From Rotaria socialis (Eukaryota), in assembly GCA_905331295.1 (NCBI GenBank), contig CAJNYD010000039.1:186001-250000 (forward strand): DNA of 64,000 nucleotides. The letters are read 5' to 3'. Shown here in pieces: positions 54,581 through 64,000 of the stretch. Position numbers and translations under genes: made by a program. The notes below the pieces were generated by a model that saw nothing but the letters and a program-made list of their open reading frames with translations, did not search any database and had not been told where the DNA came from. Position 1 is the first letter of the stretch. Every line of letters starts with the position of its first letter.

Positions 54581-55660
54581 CGATTTCCCATGACAGACCC
54601 TGATTACCAATGGCAGACTCTGACTACGTTACATTTTTGAAGTATTTTGTAATTCATTTGTGTCATGAAGTCGTTTTGGAAGATATTTAGATTGTATTCA
54701 GTTTGACGATCGATAATCGAGGTCTCAGAAGTGCTACTTCATTTGGGCTATGTGAGTTTAGTCTTTGATTTTCCCGGAAAATCAGTGTCTTTGAATTTGT
54801 GAAGAATCATTCAGGAATCAACTAAATTTTCTTCAGGGATGAAGCGTACGCTCAATTTCATTTTAAGATACGCTGATGATTGACTCGTTTCTAATGCGAA
54901 TATTTCAGATCTATTTTGATGTGGGAGGTATTCAATNTTAGAGTGTTAAGATGTACTCAAGGAAAAGTTATTTTTAGAGGTCGCTGATCGAGGAGCTGCA
55001 TTCAATGGGAATCATATCCTGGTTGTTTTCGATTTCATAGACTGAATGGAAGGTTTAGCTCCCTCGAACCACTCAGGAGAGTCATTATTTCCAAGAATAG
55101 GTAGCTTTTTACAGTCTTTCAAAAGATTATTTTCATACAACTGTCTGATTTGTATATTCATCATTTACTTATTTCGCAGCTTGCTCAAATAGGAGTTTCG
55201 ATCACAAAGATTGAAATCTTTCTCCACAGGTTCGACACGACTTATTTTTTTTGTTTTAGAGCTTTAAACTACGGCTAACTATTCACCAAACCGATTTTCT
55301 ACGATTCATTCCTAAGTTGAAAAAAAACTGGATGTGGCGTTGTCAAGTGACAAGTTTTACGTCCTTTCTCTTGTGATGCGCAGTAAAATGGCCATACATA
55401 TTGAACCGGAATGCAGTTAGAAATTCTTTTTGATAAAGGCTTAGGTAGTATTGGTAACAGCATTTTTAAGCGATCATTGGTGTGAATTCTACGTCTTCTC
55501 TGAGGACGAAGTTACAATGATTCTCTGCAATAGTAGAATCCAACTATGTATTAGCTGTAAATCATGTCTACGATGATAAATCACGATAAAAGTTGTATTG
55601 TGGATGTTCCTTAATGCGGTCAGGCATATCTGAAAATTTCAGGTTGACCGAAACATCTTA

Positions 55661-56028
55661 CCCGGTGAAAAAATTCGCTGATTTCAATCAAATTATTGTG
55701 CAGCAGAATCCAGTCCGCAATCGGATTGATAATTTCGATTTTAATCGATCACCATTTAACCCAAACTTGATGTTATTGCTAGCCCAGTGGAAATTAGTTT
55801 GATAAAGATCTGATTGTTCTGTAGCGCAATTCAAATTATCAATCGATTGGCGATGTGGATTTTACTGGAAAACAATCCGATTTCAATCAAACTAACTTTC
55901 ACTGGGTTAGCAATAGCATTAGGTTTGGGTTAAATGGTGATCGATTAAAATCAAAATTATCAAGCCGATTGCGGATTGGATTTTGTTGCGCAATAATTTC
56001 ATTGAAATCAGTGAATTTTTTCTCTGAT
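55661..56028. mobile_element. Nearly fully palindromic TA-flanked MITE (~165-bp arms)
   Basis: gaaaaaattcgctgatttcaat..ttttaatcgatcaccatttaacccaaac versus gtttgggttaaatggtgatcgattaaaa..attgaaatcagtgaattttttc; ta on both flanks. Confidence 0.88.
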
Positions 56029-56138
56029 TAAGTGGTATCATTCTTGAAAGGTGAGGGAGGGAACTTAAGCCTAATAAGATTACTATTCCTCTGCCTATGT
56101 TATAAGTAGCTCTGCTTGTATACACTGTACGATTAGTA

Positions 56139-56560
56139 CTCTCTAAAAAAAAAACCCGTTTCCTACAAAACCCAAACCGATTCGGAAGCCCTCTCGGAAA
56201 CCTGAAACCGTTTCCGAGAGGGCTTTGGAGAACTTGAAACGTTTTTAAAAATACACTTTTGGTTTCCGAGACCTCGAAAACTCTCAGGTTTCCCACAATA
56301 CTGATTTCGATGCCCTTAAGGTATTCTACAAAACCTTTTTCTTGCTGCTTGAAACGGAACCGTATTCTCAGACACCCTTAGGGTATTCTAGGAAACTAAC
56401 GTTGCCAGAAAAACTGACTTGGTATCCGAATGGGTATGCGACAATACCTTATTGGTTTCCGAAGCCATTATTCGAAAACCCTTTCGGTTTTCAAGCCTAC
56501 TGAATGTCCAAAAAGTATTTTGGAAAACCAAAATCGGTTTTCGCGTTTTTTTTCAAATTG
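56139..56560. mobile_element. TA-flanked MITE rich in AAACC/GGTTT repeats
   Basis: ta-ctctctaaaaaaaaaac ... gttttttttcaaattg-ta, with many internal gaaacc/ggtttc units. Confidence 0.55.
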
Positions 56561-58006
56561 TAAAAGATTTTCATACTTCTAAAAATGTTGAATATTTTAG
56601 AAAACAGAACATGATCCAAGTTCAAAATATCTCAGAAGGACATTTTCTCCGATCAATCTGAACCGATCCACATTCCACAGACTACAGAGTTCGAAATTTT
56701 ATTTCAGCTCTGTTCTCAATTCTGATGAAAGTTTAAAATAGGTTATCGACGCCCAGGAATCGGAATCCGGCATCATTCTTTTGATTCTAGCTTCCATCGA
56801 TCAGAAATTGGACTGATCGGAAATGAGACTTGTTATCCTTTTATTGAAATTTTTTTCTAACGATTCGGGTATAGATTGGCTGAGTATATATTATCATCTC
56901 ATAATCTGGCAATATTTTTCTGCGTCAGAAAAGTTTAACAATTGAAGATGGTGTGGGAATTGATGGTTTGATTTCTTTTAGATTTAGAATTTGGCTGAAA
57001 TTTCTAATGCTATTCAGGGACAAAATTTATATAATGGTCTTATCGGTGTCTGTATCTACAGAAAGTACGCCTGCGTTGTGCATTCATGGGTTCAGTGAGT
57101 CGAGCGACGATTGTTACTTGTTTTGTTTCAGTTTAGATCGATTGTTAGATGAGTAAATGTTAATGGTGAGTTCGATTTTAATAGTTAAAGCTGATGAAAT
57201 ATATTATTTCTTTTTAGATCCAACATCCCACGTCGGTCGTTCTTTTCACTGGATCCTGGAGAAACTGACGGTAAAGATACCTGAAAACCACTGTGCTCTG
57301 TACGAAAACAGATGATATCATTAAAACATGATAGCAGTGTTCCGGCCGCAAACTTTCTGGATTTGTTTTGATGATTTCCCAACCAACTTGCTGTGTTTTT
57401 CGGCAGGATGCACCGGAAATCATGAGAAAAAATTTGGAAAGCTTTACGGGCGGCATGCTGCTTCCATGTTCCAGCGACCGGTTGGTTCTTAAGCCACAGT
57501 GTTATCAGACGAATTCAGGACAGAGAGAAGCGTGAAAATGTGTGTAAGATGCTGTAATCTAGCATCGATTTTGATGTCAGGGTCTAAAATCACATCAATT
57601 CTTTTCGAAATACTGGAGAGTAGTGTTGCTGAAGGCTGCAAAGCAGTAAATTATATCGGAAGAGCAGAACATACAGTCGAGGATTAAGCGCGTCGGAGCG
57701 ACGAGCGTTATTTGTGATTTCGAGCATTAGAAATCAGTTTCTCCCCCTTGCCTCGACCGTATTTGATCGAACTTTGCAAGGAAAATTATTTTCTCGAAAA
57801 AATAATTTTTTCACTAAAACAGTTGAGGATCATAAATTTTGAAAATCTGACACCAGATTAGAGTTCCTCGACCCCGATTACCTTCGGTCAATCCATGCAA
57901 AAAACTAATTTTTTTCTAAAAAGTCTCTTTCCCCTAAAAGATGCAAAAAGCAAAATTTTAAAAACTAACAAAGCCATCGTGTTCCTCGATCCCGATTACC
58001 TTTGGT

Positions 58007-58618
58007 TAGGGGTGTCACATTTTTATTTAATTTAATTTAAAACGTTGTACTATTTAATTTTAATTTTTTGAAAATCAAATTAGTTGAATTTTGAACACTA
58101 GTAGATAAATATAGTTTTTGACTTGATTGCTACTATTTAAAGTCAAATTTGAGTATGTTTCCTGTTTTCTAAAGTTAAAGCTAGCCATTCTTCTACGAAT
58201 TTTACTATTAAATATATTTTTATGAGTATCCCAGTATTTTGAAGAAGAAAGATGACGGATCCTGCATAATCTGTAGAGAAATTTTGACTATTATGAACAA
58301 ATATTAACCTAAAATACTAGGTCTTCTTCTTATTTAGTATTTACTGCTGTTAAAGTCACGTATTTTCCTCGTAGCAATGATGTGCGTCCATCCAAACAGT
58401 TTATTAAATTTTAATTTTAAATTTAAAAGATTTATTAAATCGAGAAATAAGTTTTCAAAAATTAAATTTTAATTAAATTTTAATTCTGAAAATTTTAATT
58501 TTTGTATGAGAAAAAATTAAATTAATTTAAATTTAACTTTATAGAACTTTATTTAAAATTAAATTAACTTTTCACGAAGTTAAATTTAAATTAAATAAAC
58601 TGTAAATTGGCACCCCTA
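58007..58618. mobile_element. hAT-like MITE inserted in the right arm of the foldback element
   Basis: TIRs taggggtgtcac / ttggcaccccta; 8-bp TSD cctttggt (57999-58006) / ccttcggt (58619-58626); AT-rich aaattt subterminal repeats. Confidence 0.88.
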
Positions 58619-59893
58619 CCTTCGGTGAAACCTATGTCTACAGATTTTGCTTGAGTTTAGTTAAGTTTATGCGTCTGCTTTCCTATTGGACGAAAGAACG
58701 AACGCATTTAACTCACTTTTTGTAAGACCCTCCTGTAAGTAGAGGGAGAAACATTGAAATCCACATCATACATGAATAGCAATACAGAAAAAAGCAAGTC
58801 AATACGAATCAGTCACGCATAACAAGTATTTAATTCGAACGTCAATTTTTGTGTCGTAATCATAATTCATTTGCCGAAAGAGAAAACAATAATTCGAATT
58901 GGCAGCCGGAAAAAAATCAAGATCTGCAATAATCAGGTAAATTAACCTTTTTTTTTAATCTAACTAATAGAATTTAACACATTTTTTTCTACTGATTTTC
59001 AAAAATTTAAGTAAAAAACTGGAGGAAAGGTCATTTGACGTGAATGACCAGATTTCCCGTTTTGACATTATTTTAAAACAAGGAAAATTCGAGACAATAG
59101 CTTTTTTTAAGTATAAATAAGTCTATATCAGTACACTTTCACTTTAGGCTGTTTCTTGTTTTCAATGTATGAATGTGCACACATTAGAAATCTTGTCACA
59201 GCGTGTATTTTTGAAATTGATCTTATCTTTTCTTTCATCCACTTCATTCATCCGTATAGTATAAAACGTAACTAAATTTAATTCTAATGGCGAATCTTAA
59301 TACTCAGTTACTAAGAAAAAACAATTTCGTTTAAATTTGATGATACAAGGGAGAATTCCTTTGAGGTCAAATCTGTCTCAATTAAGTTTATTCAAGGTAA
59401 ACAAAATCAATCATAATGCTTTGCATTTCTGGCAAGAATACCAAAATATCACGGAGTGTGCACATGGTAGACGCGATTACGAAAACATTCGGTATAGATT
59501 TTTCTTTGTGTACTATTTGAAAAACGAGATACAATAACTTCTCAGTTCGATCGAAACAAAATGACAGGACTGTGCGAAAAGTTTTTCTTTTTTTTTATCT
59601 CTAATTGAATGCTTTCAGAAATGTGTGTAAAAAAAGAAGCGTTGTTTTGATTGAGTCAGAATATTCATTTTATTACGATTAAAGCTTAGTAAATATTTCG
59701 TTGAATTACATATAAAACAAAATTGATCATTAGTACTATAAGATAATTATTTTCATTAATTTTTGGTTTCTGAAAATATATTTAAAGTAATATATGAAGG
59801 TAAAAACTAGTATTTTCGATGATTTCATTTCTTAGGAAGTTTTATGATTTAATGATTATTTATTTTATTTCAATGTAGATTGAAATTGATTTT

Positions 59894-62800
59894 ATGGATA
59901 CTGAACTAGGATCGCTCAATTTTGATAAGAAAAAAAAGTCACAGGAAACTGAAAATCCAAATGAAATAGAAATATTAAAACTACTGTAGGTATCTCTATT
60001 AGCAAAATTAGTTTAACTTAAATCAAGATTATTTCTGATATAATAAAGGTATTCTACGTTTGGAAAACAAAATGTCATCGGCTGTTGCATGTTTGGCATA
60101 TTTAGCATCATATCAATTATTGTAGGAGTGTTGGTAGTGTATTTTACATCCCCTGACCCAAGTATGTTTTACATTCATTCTTTTTTGATCAATTGTAGGA
60201 CTATGAAACATTATGGGTTGAAAGTATAGGACGTCGAAATAGGGATTCTATAGAGGGTCTATGCGTACATCTATAGCGAGATACAGATAAAAAAAAAGTT
60301 AACATTCTAAGTCTAACTATAATCCATTCTATCATATGTCTACGTTGATATTCGCAAGCACATAACCAATGTTGCAGCTTCATCTGCACCTTTGGATCAT
60401 ACTTACACTGTCACTCTAATCTATGGAATCATATGGCGAGACAGAATTGTTGAGATTGATCGCTTGATTAGCAGTTGTGTGTAATCTGAAAGTATATTAC
60501 GAGCATTTGTCAACCGCTTATTTTCGCTTTAGACAATTTGTCTGAGTGCTTTATTGATTGCAAAGTACGATAAATAAAATTTCAAGAGAAAAATAGCAAT
60601 CATCTGGCTGCAATAGAATATATCAGAAAGTTCAGCATAGTATCTTCCATACTGATGACGACTACTTGGTTAGAACAACAATTATTTGATAGTTAATTTA
60701 AGAAAAGTGCAATGGTTCTACATCAATGAAAAATCAATATTACTCTACGGACTGTTAACAATAGATTTATTCGCATGCCATACTTGACCACGATAAATCG
60801 TTGAGAGGATTATTTTGTATTACTTTCACTAATTTGCAAGATTTTGAATCTAAGATAGTGAATCATTAGCTAATAATCAATTTTATCATGTATCATTCAT
60901 AAAATGTTACGAGTAATCGAACAGCACACAGGAATAAGCCAAATCAGAGCATCTCAAACTATTATATCATCGGATCACTTGTGATTCGATAGAAATATCG
61001 CGAATTCTATTGGTGACTTGATTCGTCCAAGTCCACATACTTTAGGGAACAATAAAATGACAAGAACTGTTTTCAAACATGTATTGAATTCAAAAAGAGT
61101 ACTATAAGTTTTAAAGTTTCTTTGTCCAAAAAGTCCTCGAGAAAATAAAATTCTTCTATACCATTGCAATCAACAAATTTCTTATTAGTGTAAATTCAAA
61201 TAAAACATCAATTTCCTCGTAAAACTTTTAGTATTTTAAATCTCAGATAATATTCGAATGAGCAAGCTTTTTTTTCTTCTCTATTTTCTACTCGTACAAT
61301 AAAAAATCATTGATAATGAACTTATTTTCGATTATTCATATTAAGGCAATGTTTGTAACTTCGATTTTAAACGAACCATGAAAAGTTCGGTTGTCTCCGA
61401 TTCAGACCCACGCGCTGTTGCTCTCGGTGATGTAAACAATGATCATCTTTTGGATATTGTTGCCGCAAATTCGGGCACTGATACTATTGGAGTATTTCTT
61501 TCACTTTCAAATAGCAATTTTACAGATCAACAAGCATATCCTACTGGACACGGTTCTCATCCAACTTCACTGGTGCTTACTGATTTCAATAATGATACTT
61601 ACTTAGATGTTGCTGTGGCTAATTATGGTACAAATAATATTGGAATCTTTTTGGGCAATAAAACAGGAGGATATGCTCAGCAGAAAAATTATCCGCTGAA
61701 TGCTTCTCGTCCTATTTTTATTGTTGCCGGTGATTTCAATCATGATAACCTAGCGGATATCATCGTTGCTAGTAATGGCACTTATTGTATTGATATCTTT
61801 CTTGGAAATGGTGATGGAACTTTACGATACTATCGAGCCTATTCTACTGGCTATGATTCTTCTCCCGTTACCATGGCGGTTGGTGATTTCAATCAAGATA
61901 ACAGTTTAGATATTGCGGTGGCTAATTCTGGTACTGGTAGTATCGGTATATTCTTTGGCAATGGCAATGGTACATTTTCACAGCAGACCACGTTCTCGAT
62001 AAATTCAGAATCTCATCCAACTTATATTCAGTTCGGTAATTTCGATCAAGATACTCAAATAGATGTTGTCGTTGTTGATCCAACTAACGATGAAGTCTAT
62101 ATATTTCTACGATATGCTAATAAAACATTTGNAATGATACTTACTTAGATGTTGCTGTGGCTAATTATGGTACAAATAATATTGGAATCTTTTTGGGCAA
62201 TAAAACAGGAGGATATGCTCAGCAGAAAAATTATGCGCTGAATGCTTCTCGTCCTGTTTTTATTGTTGCCGGTGATTTCAATCATGATAACCTAGTGGAT
62301 ATCATCATTGCTAGTAATGGTACTTATTGTATTGATATCTTTCTTGGAAATGGTGATGGAACTTTACGATATTATCGAGCCTATTCTACTGGCTATGATT
62401 CTTCTCCCGTTGCCATGGCGGTTGGTGATTTCAATCAAGATAATAGTTTAGATATTGCAGTGGCTAATTCTGGTACTGACAACGTTGGCATTTTTCTCGG
62501 CATTGGTGATGGTACATTTACAAAACAATATACTTATTCAACTAGTTTGAATTCGAATCCATCTTCTATTATTACTGGAGACTTAGATAACGATAATCAT
62601 CTCGATCTTCTAGTGACGAATTCTGGTACTGGTAGTATCGGTATATTCTTGGGCAATGGCAATGGTACATTTTCACAGCAGACTACGTTCTCTATAAATT
62701 CAGAATTTCGTCCAACTTATATTCAGTTTGGTAATTTCGATCAAGATACTCAAATAGATGTTGTTGTTGTTGATCCAATTAATGATGAAATATATATATT

Positions 62801-64000
62801 TCTACGATATGCTAATAAAACATTTGCTACAACAACTATTTTTGATGGAACTTTTCAATCTTTTCCATGTTTCGTCGCTGTGGCAGATTTCAACGAAGAT
62901 AATCAGTCAGATATTGTTATTGTGAATTATGAGACTGATGAAATACTTCTACTAAGTAATTATTTCATATTACCATCAGTAAGACAAACCAATTATTTGG
63001 TTGAACAGGGATCTGCACCGTCATCAGTCATTGTATATGACTTTAACAATGACTCTCAACCAGATTTAGTCACTAATAACGCTGCTGGTGACAGTTTACT
63101 TATTTTATTTGGTAATGACAATGGAACTTATGATGTAAAACTATCATATTCGACTGGTATTGGATCTTTTCCGGAACGTTTATGTATTGGTGACTTGAAT
63201 AACGATAAACGAATGGATATTGTCATTGCTAACTATGGTTCTGATAGCATTGGTATTCTTATTGGAGAAAACAATGGAACTTTTTCCAATGTAATAACTG
63301 TTGCGATGGCTCCTGGATCTAAGCCAGTGCCAGTGTCAGTAGGGGATTTCAACAATGATACACAACTAGATATTGTTGTCGGTAACACGGGATTAGGAGG
63401 CTTCACCATTTTACATGGACACGGCGATGGAAATTTTACGATCGGGATGACATATGCCGTTCAAACAGTCAAGCAGCCCTTATCGATTGTAGTTGAGGAT
63501 ATCAATAAAGATAAATATTTGGATCTCGTCATTGTAGGCTGTACCTTTGGCAATATAGGTGTTTTCTTTGGATATGGAAATGAAAACTTTTCTGAAGGAA
63601 CATTTTATCTTGTTGGCAGCTTGGCTTGCCCTACTTGTATTGTCCTTTCCGATTTAAATAATGATACTCATTTGGACTTTATAATAACTGTTTTCCACGG
63701 AGGTTACATAGGTGTCATGTTCGGATATGGAAATGGAACTTTTCAAAAGCTGATAACATATCCAATAGATTCAACTACGTCGCTTTATTCGATTGCTCTT
63801 GCTGATTTAAACAAGGATGATCAACTTGATGTTATTGTGGTTGATACTGCAAATGAAGTAGTAGTGATCCTCTATGCATACACCAACGGCAGTTTACAAC
63901 TTGAAAGAAGGCATTCTACTGGCTTTCGTTCGAATCCATATGCAGTGACAACTGTTCAGAGGAAGAACAAAACAGAAATAGATATTGTTGTTACTCTGTT
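59894..64000 (+). CDS. Type II membrane-anchored FG-GAP/VCBS repeat (beta-propeller) protein, running off the window end
   Basis: Exons 59894-59985, 60049-60161 (TM GIFSIISIIVGVLVVYF) and 61346 onward join in frame. Many ~51-aa repeats of the form P..V.VGDFNND..LDI.VAN.GT..IG.F.GNG.GTF. The frame break at N62132 coincides with a duplicated segment. Confidence 0.85.
61591..62826 (+). repeat. Two versions of the same FG-GAP segment joined at an N (61591-62131 and 62133-62826)
   Basis: The sequence restarts at aatgatacttacttagatg after N62132. About 20 substitutions counted by eye, plus a 153-bp indel. Confidence 0.92.

Larger units (their letters stand above)
53148..58747. mobile_element. Large non-autonomous foldback-type DNA element with modular subterminal repeats and nested insertions
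   Basis: Left tccctctactgaaaggagggtattatgaaaacgagttcaatgtgttcgttc pairs with right gaacgaacgcatttaactc...gaccctcctgtaagtagaggga. ~125-bp modules start near 53300, 53425 and 53548 and recur inverted at ~57780-58006. No TSD is evident, and an N lies at 54937. Confidence 0.75.

Noticed and set aside
54640..55650. Transposase remnant inside the foldback element
   Set aside because: No DDE, HUH or RT motif could be read by eye; a profile search would be needed.
62132..62148. Frameshift making the FG-GAP gene a pseudogene
   Set aside because: The break is exactly at an N where the sequence restarts from 61591; the second version reads through in frame.

Overview
AT-rich eukaryotic genomic DNA with many short (~45-70 nt) GT-AG introns. 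Gene content and style (FG-GAP repeat protein, F-box-like family, intronless non-metazoan-looking genes among animal core genes, CCCACA motifs) suggest a bdelloid rotifer; this is inference. The window has three zones. (1) 1-16 kb is a decayed, repeat-rich zone: a dead LINE, MITEs, a GT25-like glycosyltransferase with a decayed tandem duplicate, and an F-box-like pseudogene. (2) 17-41 kb is a compact island of mostly metazoan genes: GH18 chitinase, Eomes/Tbr-like T-box, SUGP1, LRRIQ1-like, DUF427, APEX2, UBE2N and HEXD. (3) 41-64 kb is a TE-rich zone with probable foreign genes: a GT32 glycosyltransferase, a P-type ATPase, a 5.6-kb nested foldback element carrying a tRNA-like Pol III unit, and a membrane-anchored FG-GAP repeat protein. 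The standout observation is the P-type ATPase: its 7-exon ORF is intact, but the TGES, PEGL, DKTGT and GDGxND motifs are all altered, making it a candidate pseudo-pump. Other highlights are a repeat whose 26-bp hairpin loop is flipped between copies, a TE-supplied C-terminus on the GT32 gene, and a one-blade in-frame indel between two FG-GAP copies. Single Ns at 42354, 54937 and 62132 mark likely scaffold joins. All alignments were done by eye; no searches were run.
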